Source: the human T2T-CHM13v2.0 reference genome, Homo sapiens. Taken from it: DNA of 64,000 nt. Below, piece by piece: positions 48,781-61,640 of the stretch. The first letter of the stretch is position 1; every line of letters begins with the position of its first letter. The position numbers and the translations under genes are program-made. Below the pieces are notes generated by a model. That model was given only the letters and a program-made list of their open reading frames with translations. It did no database searches and had not been told where the DNA came from. The stretch lies in assembly GCF_009914755.1 (NCBI RefSeq), contig NC_060925.1; one strand, 5' to 3'.

Positions 48781-49177
48781 GTATCTTTTTCTGATACCAA
48801 TACTTTATTTTCATATCTTCAAAGTATCTTCCCACATTATTAGCTATTATCTGCAATGACAACTTTTAAAAATCCGAATCCCAAATAAGCGTTTTCTCTC
48901 TAGACGAAAACCTCTTAACTATAATGAAAGTGTTCATTCTAGTTCAATCAGGTATTTTACCTCTAATCTTCCTCAGATTTTCTATTTTTTGGTAGTGTAT
49001 AGATTATTTATACAGATTATTTAAAATTGGGACTTATACAGATTATTTAAAACTGGGATACATGCATCTAAAACACTGTAATATTTATAAGAAAGGAAGA
49101 TAAACTTACGGGGAAATACAGTAACAGTAACTACATACGAGTCTGTACCCATTAAATTGCATATCTATCTCCTTTAG

Positions 49178-49362
49178 GAGGCTGGTGGTGGCATGATGAG
49201 TGTGGAGAAAACAACCTAAATGGTAAATATAACAAACCAAGAGCAAAATCTAAGCCAGAGAGGAGAAGAGGATTATCTTGGAAGTCTCAAAATGGAAGGT
49301 TATACTCTATAAAATCAACCAAAATGTTGATCCATCCAACAGATTCAGAAAGCTTTGAATGA
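49178..49362 (+). CDS. ANGPTL3: ANGPTL3 exon 7 coding part (185 nt, TGA stop)
   Basis: ctttag|GAGGCT. Translates GWWWHDECGENNLNGKY...KMLIHPTDSESFE*. Exon lengths sum to 1,383 nt = 460 aa + stop. Confidence 0.98.
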
Positions 49363-50860
49363 ACTGAGGCAAATTTAAAAGGCAATAATTTAAACATTAA
49401 CCTCATTCCAAGTTAATGTGGTCTAATAATCTGGTATTAAATCCTTAAGAGAAAGCTTGAGAAATAGATTTTTTTTATCTTAAAGTCACTGTCTATTTAA
49501 GATTAAACATACAATCACATAACCTTAAAGAATACCGTTTACATTTCTCAATCAAAATTCTTATAATACTATTTGTTTTAAATTTTGTGATGTGGGAATC
49601 AATTTTAGATGGTCACAATCTAGATTATAATCAATAGGTGAACTTATTAAATAACTTTTCTAAATAAAAAATTTAGAGACTTTTATTTTAAAAGGCATCA
49701 TATGAGCTAATATCACAACTTTCCCAGTTTAAAAAACTAGTACTCTTGTTAAAACTCTAAACTTGACTAAATACAGAGGACTGGTAATTGTACAGTTCTT
49801 AAATGTTGTAGTATTAATTTCAAAACTAAAAATCGTCAGCACAGAGTATGTGTAAAAATCTGTAATACAAATTTTTAAACTGATGCTTCATTTTGCTACA
49901 AAATAATTTGGAGTAAATGTTTGATATGATTTATTTATGAAACCTAATGAAGCAGAATTAAATACTGTATTAAAATAAGTTCGCTGTCTTTAAACAAATG
50001 GAGATGACTACTAAGTCACATTGACTTTAACATGAGGTATCACTATACCTTATTTGTTAAAATATATACTGTATACATTTTATATATTTTAACACTTAAT
50101 ACTATGAAAACAAATAATTGTAAAGGAATCTTGTCAGATTACAGTAAGAATGAACATATTTGTGGCATCGAGTTAAAGTTTATATTTCCCCTAAATATGC
50201 TGTGATTCTAATACATTCGTGTAGGTTTTCAAGTAGAAATAAACCTCGTAACAAGTTACTGAACGTTTAAACAGCCTGACAAGCATGTATATATGTTTAA
50301 AATTCAATAAACAAAGACCCAGTCCCTAAATTATAGAAATTTAAATTATTCTTGCATGTTTATCGACATCACAACAGATCCCTAAATCCCTAAATCCCTA
50401 AAGATTAGATACAAATTTTTTACCACAGTATCACTTGTCAGAATTTATTTTTAAATATGATTTTTTAAAACTGCCAGTAAGAAATTTTAAATTAAACCCA
50501 TTTGTTAAAGGATATAGTGCCCAAGTTATATGGTGACCTACCTTTGTCAATACTTAGCATTATGTATTTCAAATTATCCAATATACATGTCATATATATT
50601 TTTATATGTCACATATATAAAAGATATGTATGATCTATGTGAATCCTAAGTAAATATTTTGTTCCAGAAAAGTACAAAATAATAAAGGTAAAAATAATCT
50701 ATAATTTTCAGGACCACAGACTAAGCTGTCGAAATTAACGCTGATTTTTTTAGGGCCAGAATACCAAAATGGCTCCTCTCTTCCCCCAAAATTGGACAAT
50801 TTCAAATGCAAAATAATTCATTATTTAATATATGAGTTGCTTCCTCTATTTGGTTTCCTT
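49363..50860 (+). other. ANGPTL3: ANGPTL3 3' UTR (longest plausible extent; several polyA options)
   Basis: AU-rich non-repetitive sequence after the stop, with AATAAA at 49663, 50238, 50306 and 50681. Ends at a genomic A13 run at 50861-50873. Confidence 0.65.
49663..49668 (+). terminator. Candidate proximal polyadenylation signal of ANGPTL3
   Basis: First canonical AATAAA ~300 nt after the stop codon. Confidence 0.5.
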
Positions 50861-51470
50861 AAAAAAAAAAAAAACTCTCATAGGACATGTTTCATTTTGT
50901 TCCTTTCAGGAGTAGTAAATTAGACGTTTTCCCCATATAAAGCTTTTTTCTACCAGAAAGATACTTCTGGTAGAAGAAGAGAAAGGAGCTCTTTATGGTT
51001 CACACGACTGTCTCCTGTCCTAACTACTTTGCTTAAAGTGCTCAAATTCCATCACTACTCACAGTTGTCTAATCTAAGTCTAATCCCCTTTGATCTCTCA
51101 GACTACCTTCCCTTTTATCTCTCTACTACTTAATAATAAGAATATCTTTTTTTCAAACTTGACCTTCATTTTGCTTTCACAATACTATACTCTCCATGGA
51201 TTATCCCTTATCTGAATCCATCTTTATAACCCTATTCCTTTCTCATATTTAGTACTGTGGGCCAATGGACAACCTTCAATCATCTTTTCTACACTGACCC
51301 TCAGACATTCTATCTGCTCTCACGGACTCCTTTATTTACCATGAATAAAGTTCCAAAATCTACATATTCATCCCAAGTCTCTTTCCAGTTCCCCTTCTTA
51401 CATTGCCTATTTGCCATTTCTCCCTTCAATACCCTATACTTCACTCAAATTCAACATACCAAAAATAAAA

Positions 51471-51760
51471 GGCCAGGCACGGTGGCTCACACCTGTAATC
51501 CCAGGACTTTGGGAGGCTGAGGCAGGTGGATCACCTGAGGTCAGGAGTCTGACCAGCCTGACCAATATGGTGAAACCCCGTCTCTACCTAAAATACAAAA
51601 ATTAGCCAGGCGTGGTGGCATGTGCCTACAGTCCCAGCTACTCAAGAGGCTGAGACAGGAGAATCGCTTGAACCCAGGAGGCGGAGGTTGCAGTGAGCTG
51701 AGATCACACCAATGCACTGGGTGACAGAACAAGACTGACTCAAAAAAAAATAAATAACAA
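51471..51760 (+). mobile_element. AluSx-like with small deletions
   Basis: GGCCAGGCACGGTGGCTCAC... dimer with A-rich tail. Confidence 0.9.
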
Positions 51761-52348
51761 ATTCCCCAGCCCCTTACTGCTACTGCTATCCCTTTCTACC
51801 CACCTTTCCCTCCTTTATACTCTTTCACACCATCTTCCTCACTTCTTTATATCCATTAATATGACCAGCATGTTCCCAGTCACAGAAGCCTGGAACCCGG
51901 AAGACATCTCTGGCTTTTCACTCAACTTTGTAAACTACCTCTTTTGTATCATAAGCCACCAAGTTCAATACAATCTTCTCTTGAAACGTCTCTTAATCTT
52001 ATAAGCTTTCTTCCCCAAAGACTGTCTTTAACTTCAGTGCTAGATTATATAAGTAGTCTCTTCTTTCCTCCTAATTTTACGTCCCTCTCCCTGTCAATCT
52101 TCCGAAAAGGAATTTGTAATGGCTGCATACTGCCTGGACCTGTGTCTTTCAAGCTCATCTACTGAAGAAGTGTAACAGCAGAGGATAATGAAAACAAATC
52201 CTTTTATTGTCTGGAGTTACAGGATAAAATAACTTACTATATGCACAAATTTCTTTCAGAATCTTATTGGGATCTTAGCTTAAATCTTAGAATTTTACTT
52301 TAAAATTGCATATGAATTGTGTTTTATACTTTATAAATCTATCTTCAT

Positions 52349-52634
52349 GCCTGCAGTGGCTCACACCTGTAATCCAAGTATTTTGGGAGGCCGGGGCGGG
52401 AGTACTGCTTGAACCCAGGAGTCCAAGATCAGCCTGTGCAACACGGCAAAACTCCACCTCTACAAAAAATACAAAAATTAGCTGGGTGTGGTGGCAGGTG
52501 CCTGTAATCCCAACTACTTGGGAGGCTGAGGCAGGAGAATCGCTGGAGCCTGGGAAGTCAAGCCTGCAGCGAACCATGATCCTAACACTGCATTCTAGCC
52601 TGGGCAACAGAGTGAGACTCTGTCTCAAAAAAAA
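52349..52634 (+). mobile_element. AluJ
   Basis: Diverged dimer; flanks share atcttcat. Confidence 0.85.
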
Positions 52635-54383
52635 TCTTCATATAAAAATATTTATTTCCCCCCAAGTATTTAAAAAGTGATGTTCCTAGAAGATGTGTCA
52701 TGTTTATCCTGTGAACTTGCACGTCCCATATAGTTGTGCCCTCACAAGAATGTATACTCCAATTAGAAGAGTATAGGCCTTTGGAACAAAATCCAAAATC
52801 CTTCCAGGTTTTCAAAAGTCTCTATCACCTGGCCCCAAATTACCTCTTCAGCCATTTTTTCCCACAACACAAACCTTCTGCTCTCATCAAAACGATCTAC
52901 TTTTAAACATCTCCTCTATGCCTTCCTAATGTATTCCATTTGTCTAGAATGTCTCCCCACACATTTCTGATTGGCTAGATTGTGCCGTATTTTAAGGTGC
53001 AGATATCTCAATTCTTCCACAAATATTCTAGTAAATGGCAGCTTGTTCATCTGAAACCACACAGAATTACTGTCCATACACCTCAAATGGCACTTAGTGA
53101 GAAAATACACAGAATATGGCAAATCATAATAATAAAAATTCTGAAAAATAGTACTAAAAGCTCCAAAAGCATCAAAGATAGTCAGTTTACCTGATTTTAG
53201 TGAATTACTGAAAAATTTCTATATCAAGAGTTTATTTTGAACCAGTATGAATTTTACTGAAACCAAGTACACACATGTCTCATTATGAGGTAATCTAGTG
53301 TAGTATAATCTATTTCCATACACTCTGTCATCCTGGAATCAGCATATTTTCATGCTTGTATCTTTACTTCCTAATAGCATAACTCATGGAAGTCAACTAA
53401 CTCATTCATTAATTTTAGAAATGGTATTCATTAAACAACACTTATTGAGCATCTACTATTTGTCTCCTTTAAAAAACATATTCCAAATTTGTACTCATAT
53501 ATACTCTACCTTCTGCTGTAGGATAATCAAATTTCCTTGTGATTTTTTTCCCCATCACTAACAGCCATAAACTCTGCACTTATGTATGTACTACTGAGTG
53601 ATTATCAAACACAGCAGTTTTAAAAATGAAAAGAAAGTGACCCAACAATTGGCCCTTTTATCAAAGTCCAAAGTATTATCATGGCAAATCAACTAGGGTA
53701 AAATTACTTAACTGGTGCACAGTTCAAGGTCATGAAAGTAGCACTAACAATCCTCTATTATAACCCTTAATAAAATGAGGTTTTAATGACATTTTAGGAA
53801 ATATAAAATAAACTTAAGAATTCTATCTAAAATACAAAGGCTGTTTTTCCTAAATTCATGTTTAGTCCTAAGAACAGTCATACATCTAATAAAATGACTG
53901 GGTATATAATTTGAAAGAGCAATAAATTACTACCTTGAAGATGTAAGGTTGTAGCTATTTATCTTAAAATACACAGTCAAACCTCAGTTTCCACACCCAA
54001 TAGATGGGAATAATAATCCTGTCAAATCTATTAATACTTCATGGGATTGTAATCATCAAGCCAGATAATGTATTTGAATAGCTTTATGAACTATAAAGTT
54101 CTAAACAAATGTATATACTTTTTAAAAACAGGTTCTTCCGTGTCATTTTTCACATTCCTTTAAGTAAATAATCTCTACAAACGCTTCCTAACTGAACATA
54201 TTATAATTCTCAGGACAGAAGAACAAAACTGCCCTTCTCAGAGTTTGCATCTGTTTCTGGAACTTTACTCCTTCCCTTCACAATCTAAGATAACACTCCA
54301 TCACCTTCAGATGCAAGCCCCTAACTAAAAACTTCTGGGTGGCTATGTTAAAATGTTAGGAAATAGAGCTCTTGACTCAGAAT

Positions 54384-54693
54384 TCTTTTTTTTTTCGAGA
54401 TGGAGTCTCGCTCTGTCACCCAGGCTGGAGTGCAGTGGCACTGCACAGTGAGCTGAGTGATCTCAGCTCTCTGCAACCTCCGCCTCCTGGGTTCAAGTGA
54501 TTCTCCTGCCTCAGACTCCTGAGTAGCTAGGATTACAGGTATGTGCCACCATGCCTGGCTAATTTTTGTATTTTTAGTAGAGACGGAGTTTCATCATGTT
54601 GGTCAGGCTGGTCCCGAACTCCTGACCTCGTGATCCGCCTTCCTCGGCCTCCCAAAGTGCTAAGATTACAGGCGTGAGCCCCCGCGCCCAGCC
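54384..54693 (-). mobile_element. AluSg/Sc-like with a 17-nt internal templated insertion
   Basis: gacctcgtgatccg (2-nt deletion class). TSD GACTCAG at 54374-54380 / 54694-54700. Confidence 0.9.
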
Positions 54694-55004
54694 GACTCAG
54701 TTTTTATAGTTAAAATAAACTAGGACCAATTCGATAGAATAAAACTCAGAGTGGTATAACAAGGACAAAACCAAAATAGCAGAGTATGTGGCAGTAGCTT
54801 GAGACATCTATGAACTCTAAAAATAAAAACAAAAACCAATACTTTCTGAAGCAGAGAACCATACACTTGAATAGAAAAAAAAATGCTCCTGAATTTTCAG
54901 TAACGTTCAGCTGAAATTTATACTTCCTTAAATTATGAATGTAGTAAACCAACCACAGCAGTATTACCAGTATATAAGATTTTGTCATTAATAGAAACAT
55001 ACAT

Positions 55005-55609
55005 TTACTATTATTATTATTATTATTATACTTTAAGTTCTGGGATACATGCGCAGAACGTGCAGTTTTGTTACATAGGTATACACGTGGTATGGTGGTT
55101 TGCTGCACCCATCAACCCGTCATCTACATTAGGTATTTCTCCTAATGCTATCCCTCCCCTAGCCCCACCCCGACAGGTCCCAGTGTGTGATGTTCCTTTC
55201 CCTGTGTCCATGTGTTCTCATTGTTTAGCTCCCACTTATGAGTGAGAACATGTGGTGTTTGGTTTTCTGTTCCTGTGTTAGTTTGCTGAGAATGATGGTT
55301 TCCAGCTTCATCCATGTCCCTACAAAGGACATGAACTCATCCTTTTTTATGGCTGCATAGTATTCCATGGTGTATATGTGCCACATTTTCTTCATCCAGT
55401 CTATCATTGATGGGCATTTGGGTTGGTTCCAAGTCTTTGTTATTGTGAATAGTGCTGCAATAAACATGTGTGCATGTGTCTTTATAGTAGAATGATTTAT
55501 AATCCTTTGAATATATACCCAATAATGGGATTACTGGGTCAAATGGTATTTCTAGTTCTAGTTCCTTGAGGAATCGCCACACTGTCTTCCACAATGGTTG
55601 AACTAATTT
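55005..55609 (-). mobile_element. L1PA7-like 3' fragment, sense to DOCK7
   Basis: ORF2 C-terminus (ORF-track 55225..55467) plus 3' UTR and (TAA)n tail. TSD GAAACATACAT at 54994-55004 / 55610-55620. Confidence 0.92.
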
Positions 55610-55687
55610 GAAACATACATATTTTTATATCACAACTATTATAGACATCTCAAAATATTGTTGATGCTTATTACTATTTAGAAAATA

Positions 55688-56149
55688 CAATAGTTTTTTA
55701 ACCTGAGGCCAGATCATGTTATTTCATTCATCAATAAACACATATATCACAACTTTAATATTTTGATAATTTTAATTCAATGTAACTGATTTCCTTTGTT
55801 ATTCTATATATTTTATTTCATGCATTTAAAAACATTTAAACATTACAGATTGAGTATCCCTTATTCAAAATGCTTAAGACCAGAAGTCTTTCAAATTTCA
55901 TATTTGTTTTGGATTTTGGAATATCTTTATACTCACGGTTGAGCGACCTCAAATCTGAAAATCCAAAATGCTTCAACGAGATCTTCTTTGAGTATCATAT
56001 GGGTGCTTGAAATGTTTTGGATTTTGGAGCATTTAAGATTTTGGATTTTCAGATTTGGGATGCTCAATATATATTTCAAAAAAGGGTATCACAGGATTCA
56101 CAAGACGACCACAAGGTACCATGGTACACAAAAAAATTAGCAGCCCATG
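55688..56149. mobile_element. Charlie4/MER80-like hAT remnant split by Tigger4a
   Basis: caatagttttttaacctgagg...ccatggtacacaaaaaaattagcagcccatg termini. Confidence 0.5.
55846..56071 (+). mobile_element. Tigger4a (MER46-type) MITE
   Basis: TA|CAGATTGAGTATCCCTTATTCAAAATGCTT...ggattttcagatttgggatgctcaa. Confidence 0.75.
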
Positions 56150-56394
56150 TTCAAAGGACCTACTGTCATGTAATAACCTAGTTTAAGAAACATGAATTAC
56201 ATGGCTCTCATGTCATAACATCAACAGCACACATATTCTGACTGGCCAAGCTCTTCCTTGAAACAATATTTTAGGAAAAAAAATTTAATCAGTATATAAT
56301 AAGCTTATTCAACTACTCAAGAAAAAAAAACTGATGATAGTAAAATTCTAAAGAGATCATAAAACATTTCATTTGTTATTGAGGTTAACTTTTA

Positions 56395-56853
<459 letters not shown>

Positions 56854-56871
56854 TTAATTAATCTGTTCTCT

Positions 56872-57103
56872 AATGAGAATATATGGGCACAGTGAGGGAA
56901 CAACACAGACTGGGGACAGTCAGGGGGTTGGGTGCAAGGGAGGGAGAGCATTAGGACAAATAGCTAATACACGTGGGGCTTAAAACCTAGATAACAGATT
57001 GATAGGTACAGCAAACCACCATGGCACACGTATACCTATGTAACAAATCTGCACATTCTGCACTTGTATCCCGGAACTTAAAGTAAAATAAAATTAAAAA
57101 AAA
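56872..57103 (+). mobile_element. L1PA8-like 3' UTR-only insertion
   Basis: ggagagcattaggacaaatagctaat...ggggcttaaaacctagat. 16-bp TSD AATTAATCTGTTCTCT at 56856-56871 / 57104-57119. Confidence 0.88.
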
Positions 57104-59320
57104 AATTAATCTGTTCTCTTTACTTTTAGGTGTATTAATTTTAGGTGTAGGTGTATTAATTTGTTCCCTTTACTTTTATAATTTTCCATAATAAAAGTTT
57201 AAAACTATATTCAGATTAGATCAGAGAAAATAGATTTACTAAAATTTATTAAGAGATGTATGGGCATATTCCTAACAGACCAAAATCCTTTTGTTTCTCA
57301 CCCTGACAGTTACCAGGTCTGAACCATTGTATTCATTCTTACATTCTTAGTAACGCACCATGTTTGCTAGATATAGTCTTTCAAAAATACTAAGTAGAAA
57401 AACAAAGATACAAACATTCAACAGGTGATTACAACTAAGGCCATTACTGGAAATGCGGCTAACTCTAACAATCCTGCCAAGAATACCATGTGTTCTGTGG
57501 ACATACCTCTTAAAAACTGGATGTCAGTAAAACACATAAGCATTTGCTCAATTAATGTACCTTGATCTATTACAACTCAAATACAACAGTGGTGATCAAG
57601 TAAAAATTTGGAACACAAGTAACATTGCATACAATCTATTACCTAACTTTCAGATGATTTCAAATATCCAATAAAAGATTTTTTTCACCATTGAGAAAGA
57701 TCTTTATTTGGTTTACTTAATGTTAACAATTACACTAGTACTTTTTCTAAAATACTGTGATAGGGTAAGTACTTCCTTGATAAAGCAAGAATTTGATGTA
57801 AACCCCACTTGTATGGTGCAGTAAGAAACAAGTCATTCATTTTCTGATTGTTAGAAACTACCATATATTTGTGTATCTTCATCTACCCCTGTAGAGAATT
57901 TGAAAAGATCAGGCCCCTCTTCAGTTAACCCTATGCAAATAAATGTGACCAGCTGTGTGTGGGAGGTAGGGAGGCGCGGGGAACGACAGAGTTTGTTATT
58001 TAAAGGTGAAAATCTCTAGCTTCAGGTATAACTTAAATAACAGATTTAAGTCTTTAAGAAGACTCAACATCTTCAAAAGAATATTTTTTAAAGTGTACAT
58101 AATAAAAGTAAATTAAACTAATATAGACCTCTTTAGACAGCTTTCTCTGAATTATCTGATAACGAACATAAAAATGAGAAGTGAAAGGTGTATAGGAAAT
58201 CTGTCACTTTCAGAATACAGTTCTCTTTCCTACGATTTCTCAACTCAGTCAAATGCTTCAATGATGTCCATTCATTCCCCCTATATTCATGCAGTTTTTA
58301 ATTTTTTCCCTATGAGACCCTTTACAATCCTCTCAAGTTTCTCACTAAAACTAAATACAATATGGAAATATTTTCTTAAAACACACATGAACAATGCTTA
58401 AATTCCTATTTTTTTCAGATATAAATTTGAACCCCCTGAACTTCAGCTTTGTCATCTATAAAATAGGGATAACCACATTGGTTCTGTGCAGGCTGCTATC
58501 AGAGTTAATAGATAATGGCCATATATAAACTAAAAGGAGCCCTAGTGTCAACTTTATCTTCCTTTTTTTTAACATTATTCACTGGGAAAATGTGTACACA
58601 AATATTTGTATAGTGACCACTGGTATGTATTATCACAAATTATGTCTTATCCTGAAACATTCCTGAGAAGGCAAAAAGAATCCAAATGAGCTAAAAGATT
58701 ATCATCACCATGATCCAGCATAACCATTCAGTTAGCAAATATTTATGGAACTTTCTGTAAATTATTGATGATATTTGTATATTAGCTGTCAGCTGCTGAG
58801 GTTGTCATACATCCCTTTTCGTCATTCCAAAATTATTTCTACCTATGCTAGGTTTCTAGATATGCTTAAGGTTTTTGTTTTTTTTTAAAATAAACTATCA
58901 GTTCCTAAACATATAAGCTGTCCATAAGGCCAAGTTTTTCTAACAGCATCAAATAGAATAAACAACTTTTAATGATTTGGTTTTAAGGTCCCATGGACAT
59001 TGATGGTCTAATAATACAAAGCAGGCCAATATTGACTCTGATAATCTCCCTTTTAAAATAATTCTCTTATCCAATTATACCCCAGATGCCTAGTACCCTC
59101 ATGCTTTTCAAACCAATCTCTCTCAAGTTGTATAGTGCATGAGTAAATGTAATCTAATAAAGCCAAAAACAATAACAACTTCTATTGAGCATTTAATATG
59201 TACTGCATTACTTTGTGACATGCACTTTACACATATTTAATCCCCATAGATTTCTAAGATATAGGTACTTTTATTATACCCATGTTAAAGGAAGGAAAAA
59301 TCATTCCTCAATTTTAAATA

Positions 59321-59557
59321 CAGTAAGTCCTCACCTAATGTCATAGCTACTGTGACACTGGATAATGTTCTTGGAAACTGTGACTTTAAGAGAAGGACTT
59401 TAAGGACCATGTGCAGCAGGTTCTTGAATAATATCATTTTGTTCAGCATTGTTTTGTTATAACATTGACTGGAAAAAAAATGGTTTCGTCACATGTCATT
59501 TAGCTTAAAACCTTAGTTTCCAAGAACCTATTAACAATTTTAAGTGAGAACTTACTG
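59321..59557. mobile_element. MER6B-like Tigger MITE
   Basis: TA|CAGTAAGTCCTCAC...GTGAGAACTTACTG|TA: TIRs and TA TSD. Confidence 0.8.
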
Positions 59558-61299
59558 TAATTCCTAAAAATGAAACATGGTTACAAAATACAGGTTACGA
59601 GAGCCCATCTCCCAATTTTTCATAAGCTACACATATAGTCGTACCATTTCAAGTAACACAAAAATTATTATTTCTTTATGTAATTTGGAGATTATTTTTA
59701 AAAGGGAATGGTCAACTTTATAATCATATTTTGTTAAAGAAACTATTTGGCAAAACAGTAACAACAGGAAAAAAGTCAACCAAGTATAGTAATCACAATT
59801 CTACTTCTGAATTTTCATGTAGTATCTAATTTTCTCTACTTCACTGAGGATACTCTTATACTAGAAAATTATTAATCGCTTTCTTAAAATAATGCATCCT
59901 TTTTGCTCCAACAGTTCTCACTGGTACTTGCTACTAACAGAGCACTAGGATCATTTCCATAAACTAAGAAACTTAGCCTTGACATTCTATATCACATTTA
60001 ACCAATGTCTGTTAACAGGTTAAAGCATTTTATATAAGTTCCTTACAAACTGTATATAAGGAGGAATAAGGTTATGTAAAGCCCTAATCTGAAATCAATT
60101 CATTTTGATGAAAAACATTAAAGCCTAAATCAGTATTCATATTCAATAAAAGTTAAATAGGAGTAACTCTAATCTTTATGATGAGCTTAGCAAGTTCTAT
60201 TATTCTCTGGAAATAAACTGTTCACTCATGAGAGAAAAATGGTTATTCTATAAACATTTAATGAGTCCTTTTTTAAAAGCTTCTTGCCTACAATATTATT
60301 TTTACTAATAATGTCTGGAATGAGTATTAACTCTGTAATTAATAGAATGTCTAGATACAGTCCAAACTAAAGGCACTGAGATACGTTAAATGATCTCTCA
60401 ACATCATTCTCAAATTAATATGCTATAATTCATTTTTATACTTGAAAAATTTAACTCCCAGAATAGAAACTAATTATAGTTTTTGGACTATCACTTAGCC
60501 TTACCAATACTAACCACTTCAAGTGAGAAAGCATTCCACCCTAAAAACCAAAAGCAAACCCAAATAAACAAATGATCTTAAACAAGCACTAATACATGTT
60601 TACATAATTTCCATTAAACTCAAAAAGCAAAACCATACTAACTTATAATTTATAAAATCCCCTTAAATCATTTGATGTATGAACTTTTTATCTCCTCCAG
60701 AAGAGGATGTTACATTAAAACTGGATACATCCTTAAGAGAAAACAACGTGCTGCCTTATTTGGCACGGTATCTTCTCACTTGGTATGAGCGCATTACTCA
60801 ATTCCCATTTAAGTTCTGTAACATGTCTGGATTATCTATATTGGCTCTTTTTCCATTAATTCACAGAAAAGATACCCTAGAATCCATTTATATCAAGTGT
60901 ATCACTTACATCAACTGTAAGACATTAAAAAAAATTAAACAAATATAAATAATGGTGTAGATTTTGAGGCTAATGTAAGATAAAAGTGTTCTGTTTTAAT
61001 AAAAATGTAGCAAACAATTCTCTACCAATGAGAAATTTTATTTTTATTCAAATTATATATAATTATGAATGCTGGATGTCCTAACATTCCAAAAGATGAA
61101 GAACACAGAAAATGAAGTAAGAAGGCTTGGGTTCAAGTCCAAACAAGTCTCTTAATTCAGCCTTCTGTCAGTAGAGAAGTGGAGACAATAATACTGCCAG
61201 AATTATGTAATGTATAAGATTTCTATGAGACTGAATAAACTAATTTAAATGAAATTATATTCTATAAAGCACTAAATAAATGTCATCATATCAATATGT

Positions 61300-61640
61300 C
61301 AACACGAAATTTCAGAACACCAGTGATAAAGAAAATAATTCAAAAAGTCTTAGGGCAAAATAAGACGCAAAAGATTAGCAATCAGTATAATATTGGACTA
61401 CTCAAGGGTACTGCTTAAAGCCAGAAGACAGTAGTTATATTTTCAAAGTTATGATAGAAAATGATATAGAATTTAGAATTTTATACCTGGCAAAACTATT
61501 AATTTGAGAGTAAAGGTAAAGATACTGTCAGACATAAAAGAAAATTTACCTCCCACACATCCTATTTAAGAAAGATACGAAAGCTTTCAGTGAAATGAGC
61601 AAACTAAGGAAAATACATGAAAAATAAGGACTCTATTGCA
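61300..61640 (+). mobile_element. Old L1 ORF1/HAL1-like fragment
   Basis: aaagccagaagacagtag...tagaattttatacctggcaaaactatt resembles the degenerate L1 ORF1 C-terminal region. Confidence 0.5.

Noticed and set aside
48462-48794. Standalone ORFs overlapping exons (also 3505..3693 and 27724..28005)
   Set aside because: These are true exons read through into flanking intron.
50379-50402. Interstitial telomeric sequence or plant (TTTAGGG) contamination
   Set aside because: Unit is 8 bp, with only three copies, embedded seamlessly in the ANGPTL3 UTR.
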